From a virus (Duplodnaviria > Caudoviricetes): DNA of 51,765 nt. Each line of letters begins with the position of its first letter. Position 1 is the first letter of the stretch. Shown here in pieces: positions 1 to 8,569 of this stretch. The notes beneath the pieces were generated by a model. That model ran no database searches and was not told the origin of the DNA. It saw nothing but the letters and a program-made list of their open reading frames with translations. The DNA is taken from positions 1 to 51,765 of the IMG/VR virus record IMGVR_UViG_3300009788_000125. One strand, given 5' to 3'. A program made the translations under genes and the position numbers.

Positions 1-7
1 CGAGCGC

Positions 8-763
8 ATGACCATTCCAGCGAATCCATCGAGCTACATCGATTGGGACGACAACGACGTGGCCGTTGGTGACGGCATGAGCAAAAGCGACATCGAGCAA
101 CTATTCAGCAACCAGCGGTTTTTCAGTCAGCGGCTGGCCGACGTCGAGAGTGCGTGGCGCAGGGGCTCCGATGTGTTCAGTCACTTCGGTCGGCCGTCAA
201 CCTTCTTCGGTGACGACTTCTCGATAACGGGCGCCACAGTGGACCTGGACAACCACCTGATGGACTTTGCGTTTGGCGACGACCTGCGCACCAGGGAGGA
301 GCGGCGCATCGACCAGGTCCCATTCTCCTACGAGGTGCGCGTCAAGCCGGCCGCGTGGGGTTCGTCGTTCACGCCCATCATCGCGGTCACCGACAGCGAC
401 ACGGTCACGCATGGCAGCATCCCTGGCGCCTTCACTAATGGCTGCGTGATATTCGCGGGCACCACCAGCGGAACATGGCAGGTGGTCACCAGGCACAACG
501 GGTCGAGCCCCGAGACTACGGACAACATCAACGTCGCCACGTTCAACGATTGGGTCACGATCAAGATCACCTGCACGACGGCCGAGATTGTTGTGGCGAT
601 GGGAACCGACCCGGACGCGCTCTCCGACGTGGCCACGCACACCGTCGACCTCCCGACTAACTTCTCGCTGTACGGCTTCCACGCGGCGTCGAGCGGCGGC
701 AGCAGCAACAAGCTCGACTACCTCAAGCTGGTCACCATCGGCAACCCATTGAGCAACGGATGA
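8..763 (+). CDS. Putative virion/tail-associated protein with beta-sandwich-like C-terminal domain
   Basis: 251-aa ORF, Thr/Ser/Gly-rich, lies in the tail region upstream of lysis genes; stop overlaps next start (ATGA). Confidence 0.55.
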   Translation: MTIPANPSSYIDWDDNDVAVGDGMSKSDIEQLFSNQRFFSQRLADVESAWRRGSDVFSHFGRPSTFFGDDFSITGATVDLDNHLMDFAFGDDLRTREERRIDQVPFSYEVRVKPAAWGSSFTPIIAVTDSDTVTHGSIPGAFTNGCVIFAGTTSGTWQVVTRHNGSSPETTDNINVATFNDWVTIKITCTTAEIVVAMGTDPDALSDVATHTVDLPTNFSLYGFHAASSGGSSNKLDYLKLVTIGNPLSNG

Positions 764-1056
764 CCGGGAGGCTCGCCAGGGTAACGCTCGACGGGGTCGA
801 GGTGGCACGGCTGACCAAGCTGGTCGCAGACGAGCTTGCGACGTTCACTGTGTCGGCTGCGGCGCCAACCGGCCTGCAGGGCCTGTTCGACCGGATACGC
901 CGGGACGGGTTCTTGACCAGGCAACCTCCAGACGAGCCCCCACGCTACAAGCCCGAGGCGGTGAGCGATGGGAACATTCAGCGGCTCATAGAGGAAGTAG
1001 ATCGGCTCTGGCCGGCGGGGCTCGGCCTGGTCGTGAGCGTCGAGGACATCGGATGA
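760..1056 (+). CDS. Hypothetical protein
   Basis: 98 aa, ATGA overlaps with both neighbours. Confidence 0.6.
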   Translation: MTGRLARVTLDGVEVARLTKLVADELATFTVSAAAPTGLQGLFDRIRRDGFLTRQPPDEPPRYKPEAVSDGNIQRLIEEVDRLWPAGLGLVVSVEDIG

Positions 1057-1706
1057 TCGAGCTGAACCCATTCGACTACCGGCTGCGAGTCGAGAAGGGC
1101 ACCAGCCCGACCGTGTACGTGCGGGCCTACACCGACCGGCAAGGGCTCGCTCGTGTGGTCATGAGCAGGCGGGCGGCGCCGGCCCTGCCTGAGCACGGCA
1201 CCGCCATCGACTTGTCGAGCGCCACTGTGGCTGTCAATATCAGAGAAGAGCAGGGCGTCGGCTTCGCTAGGTCGAAGATTCACCTCGACCTGGTGACCGG
1301 CGACGTGTCTTTCACGACCACCGGGACGGACGGACTGATCGAGATCTTGTTTCCGAGCGCCAAGACCGACGAGCTACAGACCCTGGCGACCTACGGATGG
1401 GACCTGGTCATGATGGTCGATGGCACGGTACACAGGATCGCTGCGTCTGAGTTCCACATCGACCCACCGATCGGGGAGCAGCTCGGGGCAGCGACGAGGT
1501 TCGAGGAATACAGGGTCGACAAGACCGGCACCGATATCTACATCGGGGAGGCCGACGCCACGGCAGCCACCAGCGCAGCGGCCTGGCGCATCAGGCGCAT
1601 TCGATTGCACGACGGCAGCCAGGCGCCCGCCGAGGAGTGGGCCGAGGGCGACAGGGAATTCGATAACATCTGGGACGACCGCAAGAAGCTGACCTACAGG
1701 GGATAA
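1053..1706 (+). CDS. Putative tail/baseplate-associated protein
   Basis: N-terminal Ig-like segment (IDLSSATV...DGLIEILFPSAKT...YGWDL) resembles BppU-type domains; C-terminal YIGEA...AAAWRIRRI...WAEGD..FDNIWDDR motif resembles small phage structural proteins. Confidence 0.55.
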   Translation: MIELNPFDYRLRVEKGTSPTVYVRAYTDRQGLARVVMSRRAAPALPEHGTAIDLSSATVAVNIREEQGVGFARSKIHLDLVTGDVSFTTTGTDGLIEILFPSAKTDELQTLATYGWDLVMMVDGTVHRIAASEFHIDPPIGEQLGAATRFEEYRVDKTGTDIYIGEADATAATSAAAWRIRRIRLHDGSQAPAEEWAEGDREFDNIWDDRKKLTYRG

Positions 1707-1720
1707 AGGGAGGGCCGAGC

Positions 1721-2110
1721 ATGCCCGGCATGAGCAACGTTCACAAGACCAACGTGATCAATCATTTCCACCGCAACGCCTCCGTCGCGTCGCCGGTCAA
1801 CCAGTACCTCTCCCTGTGGACGAGTGCGCCGGGCGACGACGAGAGCGGCACCGAGGTCAGCGGGCCGGGCTACGCCCGGATCCTCATCACCTTCGACGCC
1901 GACACCCTTGGAGTCACGCAGAACAGCGCCCTGGTCACGATGGCCGCTGCGTCGGGTGCGTGGGGGATTGTCACCCATTGGGCGATCCATACGGCGCTCA
2001 GTGGCACCGGCAACAAGCAGATCTGGGGCGCCCTCGATAACAGCCACACCATCGACACGCCGGACGTTCCCAAGGTGGCAGCGGGTGGCCTGGTCCTGAC
2101 CTACGACTGA
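1721..2110 (+). CDS. Phage tail-fibre-associated protein
   Basis: Motif YLSLWTSAPGDDESGTEVSGPGYAR...WGIVTHWAI is typical of small tail fibre/assembly proteins; GGGAGG RBS upstream. Confidence 0.65.
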   Translation: MPGMSNVHKTNVINHFHRNASVASPVNQYLSLWTSAPGDDESGTEVSGPGYARILITFDADTLGVTQNSALVTMAAASGAWGIVTHWAIHTALSGTGNKQIWGALDNSHTIDTPDVPKVAAGGLVLTYD

Positions 2111-3414
2111 TGGCCGACGTCTTTCTTTCTGGCCGGACGACCGCCACGGCGAGAGTCGCTGGCCGGCTGACCGGTGACGTGTACCTGGGCGGCAGCGTGT
2201 CGGTCGGCGGGGTGGGGAACAAGCCCCGGCCAGTGATCGACAACGACCTGCTCGGGAGCGAGAACCCGACGGCCCGCATGACCGGCGACCTGGTCGTCGA
2301 TATCGGCCTGGCCGGGAGCGAGAACCCGACGGCCCGCATGACCGGCAACATCGCCGTCGACATGTTCCTGACGGGCAGCCAGAAGGCCACCGGTGGCGGC
2401 AGGATGGGCCTGTCCAATATCTGGGACCCGATAGACCTGGCAGCGGTCGGGAGGGCGATGCGGGACGGCCTGGTCGTCGTGACGGACTTCCAGGGCAACA
2501 TCCTCCCCGTCGCCGCCAGCGCCAACGCACCGGTCGGGGCGCCGCCGAGCGGCCGAGGCGTGGTGTTCCAGGACGACGGCAGCGTGTGGGTGTGGGACGG
2601 CGCAGCCTGGCAGAAGGCGGCGGGCGGGGGTGCCGAGGTCAACGACCTGACCGCGGCGGTGGTCTGGGCGAACGTGCCGAACGCGAACACGCCGGACTGC
2701 ATCCACGACAACGTCGCGTCCGAGATCACCGCGGTCACCGAAAAGAACCCGGCAGCCAATAACGACGAGCTTCTGATCGAGGACAGCGCCGCGGGCAACG
2801 GGAAAAAGAGCGTCAAGGTCATCAACCTCCCGCAGTTCCACCCGAACGTCGCTCTACAATTCACCGCCCTGACCAGCAAGACGACCCCCTCCGTGTCGGA
2901 CAAGATTGTGATTGAGAGCGCCGCCCACCTGGGCGCCAAGCGCCAGGTCTCACTCAGCAATCTGGACAAGGCCATCGACCACAACGGGACGCTGAATTAT
3001 GTGGCGTCGCAACACGTCGCCTCGACGAGCGCCGAGACGATGACGAATAAGAACCTGACCTCGTCGACGAACAAGGGCCTGCACCGGCTGCCCTGGGCGC
3101 TCGAGCTACCGACGGCTGCCGAGGACGCGCCGTGGTTCCGCACCGACCGAGGCATTACCGTGTCCAGCGTCAAGGGTGTTCTCGTCGGCGGCACGAGCCC
3201 GAGCGTCACCTTTGTGGTCAGACACGCCACCGACCGCAGCGCCGCCGGCACCCTGGTCACCGTCAGCCTGGCGCTGACCAGCACCACGACCGGGACGGCA
3301 GCCACGCTCAGCGACTCCACCATACCGGCCAACAGTTACGTGTGGGTCGAGACAACAGCCATGAGCGGCGATCCGACCTGGATGGAACTCGACATGGAAT
3401 TCACTGATGATTAG
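2110..3414 (+). CDS. Putative tail fibre / virion structural protein
   Basis: 434 aa with ~20-aa N-terminal repeats, VWVWDGAAWQK motif, ETMTNKNLTS fibre motif and a C-terminal beta domain. Confidence 0.6.
   Translation: MADVFLSGRTTATARVAGRLTGDVYLGGSVSVGGVGNKPRPVIDNDLLGSENPTARMTGDLVVDIGLAGSENPTARMTGNIAVDMFLTGSQKATGGGRMGLSNIWDPIDLAAVGRAMRDGLVVVTDFQGNILPVAASANAPVGAPPSGRGVVFQDDGSVWVWDGAAWQKAAGGGAEVNDLTAAVVWANVPNANTPDCIHDNVASEITAVTEKNPAANNDELLIEDSAAGNGKKSVKVINLPQFHPNVALQFTALTSKTTPSVSDKIVIESAAHLGAKRQVSLSNLDKAIDHNGTLNYVASQHVASTSAETMTNKNLTSSTNKGLHRLPWALELPTAAEDAPWFRTDRGITVSSVKGVLVGGTSPSVTFVVRHATDRSAAGTLVTVSLALTSTTTGTAATLSDSTIPANSYVWVETTAMSGDPTWMELDMEFTDD
2253..2346 (+). repeat. Exact 34-bp direct repeat with 60-bp period (GSENPTARMTG)
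   Basis: cgggagcgagaacccgacggcccgcatgaccggc at 2253-2286 and 2313-2346. Confidence 0.9.
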
Positions 3415-3748
3415 GCCCCGCTATCTGGTGCTGCGAGAGCCCGTGATCGCCTGGGCGGCGTACTACGCCGACGGCACCGTGCTGCGCAGCCGGTTCGATT
3501 CGCCGGCCGACGTGGTCGACGGCGTGCAGGCCCTTGCGATCCTGTCCCGACGGGCCGACGGCAAGACCTTCGTCGAGATGCACCACGGCGAGGACCTGCC
3601 GGAGGTGACCTACGACATCCCCATCGTCGACAGGGACGGGGACGGCACGGGCGTGTACACCGTGCGCAGCGGGCCGACGCTGGCGGATCAAGACTTCGCT
3701 CCGGTATACGACAAGATGCTGGACGAGGCGACGAGCAGGCAGCTCTGA
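3407..3748 (+). CDS. Hypothetical protein
   Basis: 113 aa, translationally coupled to neighbours. Confidence 0.6.
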   Translation: MIRPRYLVLREPVIAWAAYYADGTVLRSRFDSPADVVDGVQALAILSRRADGKTFVEMHHGEDLPEVTYDIPIVDRDGDGTGVYTVRSGPTLADQDFAPVYDKMLDEATSRQL

Positions 3749-4269
3749 TGTCGACGAAATACTTCCCGCAGGACGCCAACGCCGACACGACTTGCGACAC
3801 CACGGCGAAGGCTCAGGACATGAGCAAGACTCAGGGGACCACGACGACGTCGGGCAGCGACTCCGTCTCCGACACGCCGTTCGTTGAGGTTCACTCGTTC
3901 GATATCGACGCCACCCCTGATAGTCCGGGGAGCGGCAGCCACGACGTATCGCTGGACGTCAACACCATGAGCGCAGGGGCAACTGGCCGGTACCGGATCC
4001 AGGCCGTGGACGATGCCGGATGCGGCGTGTCGGCATCGAGCGCCTACAGCGCCAACTTCACCAGCGCCACCAGCTTCCCGCACCTGCTCACCGGCACGAG
4101 CCTGGCGTGGGCTGCCGGCGACGAGCGGCTGCGCCTGAGCGTCGAGCTAAGCCGAGACAGCGGGCAGCACGGAGGCAAGAGCGTGACCAGCAACGTTCAG
4201 GATGTAGACTCGTTCGTGGACGCACCCTGGCCGATAGTTCGGCGCCGCCTGATCCTGGGGGGAACATGA
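3748..4269 (+). CDS. Hypothetical (possibly virion) protein
   Basis: 173 aa Ser/Thr-rich ORF coupled to neighbours. Confidence 0.55.
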   Translation: MSTKYFPQDANADTTCDTTAKAQDMSKTQGTTTTSGSDSVSDTPFVEVHSFDIDATPDSPGSGSHDVSLDVNTMSAGATGRYRIQAVDDAGCGVSASSAYSANFTSATSFPHLLTGTSLAWAAGDERLRLSVELSRDSGQHGGKSVTSNVQDVDSFVDAPWPIVRRRLILGGT

Positions 4270-4811
4270 CCGCACTCGAAAAAGCCGTCGCCCTGAACGC
4301 GCACAGAGTTATGGCGCCGTGCGGCATCGACAAGCGCATCCTGCTGCTGGCGCTCGCTGACATCGAGAGCAGCGGCGGCAAGAACAACGTGCCGCGGTGG
4401 GAGGCAGCCTACGCCGGCCCGAACCTGGGCGCCAAGGATCCGCAGCACCGGAAGTTCGGCGGCTACTACTACCGCAAGCGCAGCGCACCGCACGTCAAGG
4501 CGCAGTGGAAGCGGTGGGGGGACCCGGCGGCGCACAGTTACGGGCCGTGGCAGATCCTCCACATCACGGCGTGGGAGTTCGGCTACCGTGGGGACCCGCA
4601 CGACCTGACCAAGACGGCGGTGTGCTTACCCTACGTGATCAAGCTACTGAACCGACGCGTGTTCCGGCACGGCGACCCGACGAAGGGCGCCCGAAATCTG
4701 GCTGACGTGGCCGACGCCTGGAACAGCGGCACGCACCGCGACGCCAACATTCCGCACGGCTACATCGCTAAGGTGAAACGGGCCTACACCAGGAGACTGG
4801 CCAGTGCTTGA
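4266..4811 (+). CDS. Endolysin, lysozyme-like/lytic transglycosylase fold
   Basis: ALADIESSGG (catalytic Glu), SYGPWQILHITAWEFGY and DAWNSG motifs match SLT/lysozyme-superfamily signatures; followed by membrane proteins. Start taken at ATG 4266 overlapping the previous stop. Confidence 0.8.
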   Translation: MTALEKAVALNAHRVMAPCGIDKRILLLALADIESSGGKNNVPRWEAAYAGPNLGAKDPQHRKFGGYYYRKRSAPHVKAQWKRWGDPAAHSYGPWQILHITAWEFGYRGDPHDLTKTAVCLPYVIKLLNRRVFRHGDPTKGARNLADVADAWNSGTHRDANIPHGYIAKVKRAYTRRLASA

Positions 4812-5127
4812 ACCGGGGATCACAACCAACCTGATCGCGGGCACCGTGGCGGTGTTGGTGCTGGAAAAGATGGGGCAGATCATCAAGGGCGTCATCGACA
4901 GCGTGAACCGAAAAAACGGGAACGGGAGAGTCGTGCCGGTGTGCACGCCTGGGCCGGCGGTCATCGATAGACTGGACGGAATCAGTAGGATCCAAGAGCG
5001 CACCGTTGGCATCCTGGGGCGGATCGAATCAGACATGCGGGACCAGAGAAATCAGATCGGCGCCATCCGTGGCGACCTGGGAATCGTGTGCTCGCAGCTT
5101 GCAAACAAAGACAAGGGAGGAGGTTGA
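4804..5127 (+). CDS. Membrane-anchored coiled-coil protein (holin/antiholin candidate)
   Basis: N-terminal hydrophobic segment plus coiled coil, directly after the endolysin. Confidence 0.5.
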   Translation: MLEPGITTNLIAGTVAVLVLEKMGQIIKGVIDSVNRKNGNGRVVPVCTPGPAVIDRLDGISRIQERTVGILGRIESDMRDQRNQIGAIRGDLGIVCSQLANKDKGGG

Positions 5128-5129
5128 AC

Positions 5130-5435
5130 ATGGACACCATCGCAACGAGCCTCATCGCGTTCGGTACGATCCAGGCGGCAGCCATGATCCTGACCGAGTG
5201 GCTGGCGCTGCCGCTGTTTAGGAGCAAGATCGAGCCCGGCAAGAACCTGCCGTGGCGCAAAAGGCTGAGCTGCTTCGTCTACGCCACGACGATGGCCAGC
5301 ATCGCGGTACCGGCGGGGCTCCTCGAACTTCCCGAAGCGGCCAACCCGTGGCTCGCGGTTCCCTTGCTCGGATTCCTGAGCACGATCATCGCCTTCGGAT
5401 TCGTCAAGGGTAAGAAGGCACTCGGCAATGGATGA
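5130..5435 (+). CDS. Putative holin (about 3 TM segments)
   Basis: GGAGG RBS; three hydrophobic stretches and a basic C-terminus (GKKALGNG); in the lysis cassette. Confidence 0.6.
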   Translation: MDTIATSLIAFGTIQAAAMILTEWLALPLFRSKIEPGKNLPWRKRLSCFVYATTMASIAVPAGLLELPEAANPWLAVPLLGFLSTIIAFGFVKGKKALGNG

Positions 5436-5760
5436 CGGAGGAGGGGTCGGCACGGTCGCGATGGTGATAGCTGGACTCATTGGGGCCGTCGTTCTCTTTC
5501 TCGGCGGGCGCAAGAGCGCCGCCGGCAAGGAGCGCAAGAAGCATGCAACCGAGGCGGTCGACCGAGTCCGCGTCAACGAGGCGGAGCGCCTGGCCGCAAC
5601 GCAGCGAGCGCAGGACATCATCGATCGCCACGAGACGAAGACGGTCGAGTATCTACTCGCCAAGAAGCTACTCGAGCGCCAGCGCCCAAAGGGGACCGAG
5701 CCGACGCACCTTGACATCATCGAGGAGGTGCGGCGACAGCGTTCAGGGCAACGAGAATGA
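5428..5760 (+). CDS. Membrane-anchored coiled-coil protein (lysis accessory)
   Basis: One N-terminal TM segment followed by basic residues and a helical region. Confidence 0.5.
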   Translation: MDDGGGVGTVAMVIAGLIGAVVLFLGGRKSAAGKERKKHATEAVDRVRVNEAERLAATQRAQDIIDRHETKTVEYLLAKKLLERQRPKGTEPTHLDIIEEVRRQRSGQRE

Positions 5761-6188
5761 AGATCATCGGGCTCCTGGGTGCGGTTGTATTCACGGCAGC
5801 GCTACCCCTCGCTGCGGACTCAAATCAATCCCAGGAGTCCACCATCTCTGAGCAGGCCAGGGACCCGGCCGTGCTGCAGGCGGTCATCGAGGGCCTTGCC
5901 GACCAGGTCGACAATCTGAACGCTCAACTGCTTGCGGAGGCGGCGCTCGCGGAGGAAGAGGTCGAGAGGCTGCAGCGGGTCATCGACCAGCTCCGTGTCC
6001 ATCTCAAGACCATCGATACCATTGCCGAGGACAACGCCAGGCAGGCCGAGCGGCTGCACGATATCTGGAGACGCGAGCGCCGGGCCAGGCTCTGGGACCG
6101 GCTCGGGTGCGCCGTCGGCCTGGCTGCGACTGGCGACAGCAGCGGCTTTCAGGGGGGCCTCGGAGGCGCCTGCGGGATCAAGTTCTAG
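5757..6188 (+). CDS. Signal-anchored coiled-coil protein, spanin-like candidate
   Basis: N-terminal signal/TM MKIIGLLGAVVFTAALPLAA, long coiled coil, Gly-rich C-terminus ending CGIKF; last gene of the lysis cassette. Confidence 0.5.
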   Translation: MKIIGLLGAVVFTAALPLAADSNQSQESTISEQARDPAVLQAVIEGLADQVDNLNAQLLAEAALAEEEVERLQRVIDQLRVHLKTIDTIAEDNARQAERLHDIWRRERRARLWDRLGCAVGLAATGDSSGFQGGLGGACGIKF

Positions 6189-6190
6189 CG

Positions 6191-6219
6191 TTGACACCAG
6201 GGGGGCCACGGCCTATCGT
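6191..6219 (+). promoter_or_regulatory. Sigma70-type promoter with operator-like palindrome in the spacer
   Basis: TTGACA(6191)-17 bp-TATCGT(6214); GGCCACGGCC at 6204-6213. Confidence 0.75.
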
Positions 6220-6260
6220 GTAGGCATGCGGCAAGGGGTGAAATACAGCCAACCAACGGA

Positions 6261-6302
6261 GCGCCCTGGCCTGGGCTTGCCGCACCGGGTCGGGGCGTTT
6301 CT
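6261..6302 (+). promoter_or_regulatory. Leader hairpin (possible attenuator/terminator)
   Basis: gcgccctggcctgg...ccgggtcggggcgt stem with G:U pairs followed by a short T run, between the promoter and the annealase start. Confidence 0.4.
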
Positions 6303-6319
6303 GCGTGCAGGGAGAGCCG

Positions 6320-7366
6320 ATGCGGAAACTGAAGGATATCGACAAGGTCGGTCAGGAGCTGGCTCTATATAAGTTCCCGACCGAGGAAGTGACCTACGAG
6401 CAGGCGCAGGGCATCGCCACCGACGGTGGCCTGATCAGCTACACCGACGCCAAGGGCAAAGCGATCACCGTCATGGCGGCGGCGGCCCTCACCACGGCCA
6501 ACAAGGCGAAGGAGATGCCTCGCTTCGTCTGGCACAAGGCGGTGACCAGGGCGGCTGGCGCCAAGACCAAGAAGGGGTACGACACGACCGGCTACGGCTA
6601 CCAGTTCATCGTGAACGCACTCAACGAGGTGCTAGGGATGGACGGCTGGCGCACCGAGGCAGCGCACGACGAGACGCCGGGTGAGTACGAGAGCGGGCGC
6701 CCTAACTGGCATGTGCTCGTGCGCATGCGCATGATCCTGCGGTTCGCGAGCCAGGCGACGGAGGTGATCAAGGACGCTGCCAAAAAGGAGGTGGACACCC
6801 GCGTCGTCGAAATCAGCCACGAGGGTCACGGCGGGCATCGCAGTTCTGAGCGGGAGAGTGCCTACAAAGGGGCGACCACCAACGCGATCAAGAAGGTGGC
6901 AGCGATGTTCGGGCTCGGGCGCACGGCCTACGAGGGCACGCTCGACGAGGATTACCAGGCGCTGGAGGGGAAGCTGGCTCCGCCAAAGGTCAAGGCCGCT
7001 GACAAGCCGCCCAAGAACAAGGTGACCACCGGGGCCAAGAAGGACAAGGGAGCGAAGCCGGCGACGCAGCCACGGACCACCAGGAAGCCCAAGGATCGCT
7101 GGCCTGGGTTCGTCAAGGAAATCGAGAACCTGTTCAAGAACGTCGACATCAGCGACGCCGATCGGGACAGCGGGGTCAACGCGCTCCTCGAGGTCCAGTT
7201 CGGCATCCCCATCCCGCAGCAGGAGCAGCCGAGCGCCGACCGCGACGCAGCCCTCAACGGGGCGTGGCAGTTACTGAGCCAGGCTGAGCCCGATAAACGA
7301 GCATTCATCCTGCAGTCGGCGCAGGAGATGTGGGCCGCGGCGCAGAAAGAAGGAGGTGGCGAATGA
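6320..7366 (+). CDS. Rad52/Rad22-family (Sak-like) single-strand annealing protein
   Basis: YQFIVNALNEVLGMDGW and AYKGATTNAIKKVAAMFGLGRTAY match the Rad52/Sak core; basic low-complexity linker follows. Confidence 0.8.
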   Translation: MRKLKDIDKVGQELALYKFPTEEVTYEQAQGIATDGGLISYTDAKGKAITVMAAAALTTANKAKEMPRFVWHKAVTRAAGAKTKKGYDTTGYGYQFIVNALNEVLGMDGWRTEAAHDETPGEYESGRPNWHVLVRMRMILRFASQATEVIKDAAKKEVDTRVVEISHEGHGGHRSSERESAYKGATTNAIKKVAAMFGLGRTAYEGTLDEDYQALEGKLAPPKVKAADKPPKNKVTTGAKKDKGAKPATQPRTTRKPKDRWPGFVKEIENLFKNVDISDADRDSGVNALLEVQFGIPIPQQEQPSADRDAALNGAWQLLSQAEPDKRAFILQSAQEMWAAAQKEGGGE

Positions 7367-8421
7367 GACAGCGATTCGCATACAGCCACAGCCAGCAGGG
7401 CAAGATGGACTTCTGCCCGCGAGCGTTCAGGATGCAGTACGAGGCCCGCGTCCGCACGAAAAAGTCGCCGCAGTTTTTCGCCGTCGGTGACGCGGTAGAG
7501 GCCGCAACGACGAAGCTGATCCTTGCGTCGCAGGCGTCACCACCCGTCACCGACGTGGCGGCACTCAAGGCGATGGCCGTGGTCGAGTTCGACAAGGTCT
7601 GGGATGCCAAGCTGGAGCACGGGCACGACGGCAAGGACATCGATTGGGGAAAGAAAACGCCACCGACGATCAAGGCGCCGCTGGTGAACCTCATGAGCCA
7701 GTTCGCGGACCAGGTCGTCGGGCGGGACACCGGTTACATCGTCGAGGTGTTCGCCATGCAGACCAGGATCAGGCTCGCCATCAAGGACACGCCGGGGTGG
7801 CAGGGCATTCTCGATCTGATGGCGCTGGTCCGGTTCTCAACCGAGTGCCTGAACTGCAAGGACGAGGTCGCGGAGCGCATGCGCAGGGTGGAGGCGAAGG
7901 AAATCAATCCCAAGACCAAGAAGCCGTGGTCGTACAAGCAGCCGCCCTGCACGGTGTGCAAGATGACGATGCAGGTCCCGGACGTCCAGCGGGCTCCGGC
8001 GCTCGCCCTGCTCGACATGAAAACATCCGCGTCGCCGTGGTCGTGGATCGCGGCGAAGTCTGACGGGCAGGCCAAGAAGTATATCTGGGCGCTGCGCCAC
8101 GACGGCGTCTGGGAGGACAGCGGCCTACAGGCTGCCACCGGGCACGCCGAGCCACCACGCCTCGCCGGCTACCTGGTCGGGCCGAAGACGGCGGCGGGTG
8201 GTTGGAAGATCCATCTCAACGAGATCAGCGCGTTCGATTGCGACGAGGCGGACGACGCCTTCTGGGCGCACCACGAACTTGTCGAGGGTGGGCGCCGTCC
8301 ACAGCGCCCAGGTTACGGCGGGGGAAACTGTGGCTGGTGCGACTTCAAGCCGGCCTGCTGGGCTCCCCTGGAAGCGTACAAGACCCTCGAAGGACCGGGC
8401 ATCATCAAGAAGATAGGCTGA
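7363..8421 (+). CDS. PD-(D/E)xK exonuclease, Cas4/RecB/AddB-like with Fe-S cysteines
   Basis: N-terminal SHSQ...FCPR, GILDL, LLDMKT and QAKKY nuclease motifs, C-terminal CGWCDFKPAC; extra CxxC...CxxC insertion. Confidence 0.8.
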   Translation: MRQRFAYSHSQQGKMDFCPRAFRMQYEARVRTKKSPQFFAVGDAVEAATTKLILASQASPPVTDVAALKAMAVVEFDKVWDAKLEHGHDGKDIDWGKKTPPTIKAPLVNLMSQFADQVVGRDTGYIVEVFAMQTRIRLAIKDTPGWQGILDLMALVRFSTECLNCKDEVAERMRRVEAKEINPKTKKPWSYKQPPCTVCKMTMQVPDVQRAPALALLDMKTSASPWSWIAAKSDGQAKKYIWALRHDGVWEDSGLQAATGHAEPPRLAGYLVGPKTAAGGWKIHLNEISAFDCDEADDAFWAHHELVEGGRRPQRPGYGGGNCGWCDFKPACWAPLEAYKTLEGPGIIKKIG

Positions 8422-8501
8422 CCAGGGAGGTTGCACGGCCCGACGGGGGGTCCTGGTTGGTACGGCTCTCGCCCCCTTGTCGGGCACCTTTCAGGGGAGA
8501 C

Positions 8502-8530
8502 TTGACATATCGGCCACGGCCTACCATGAT
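8502..8530 (+). promoter_or_regulatory. Sigma70-type promoter with operator-like palindrome
   Basis: TTGACA(8502)-17 bp-CATGAT(8525); GGCCACGGCC at 8512-8521. Confidence 0.65.
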
Positions 8531-8569
8531 GAGCACAGCGGCAATGGAGCCGACGAAGGGAGATGGAAA

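Noticed and set aside
1-10. cgagcgcatg also occurs at 51723-51732, suggesting a terminal repeat
   Set aside because: Only 10 bp, not at the very end, and the sequences diverge immediately afterwards; compatible with chance.
2253-2346. Repeat pair as a diversity-generating retroelement TR/VR
   Set aside because: No reverse transcriptase in the window, and the copies are identical with no adenine-specific mismatches.
7363-8421. Cas4-like gene as evidence of a CRISPR-Cas system
   Set aside because: No array or other cas genes were seen; the context beside an annealase indicates a phage recombination exonuclease.
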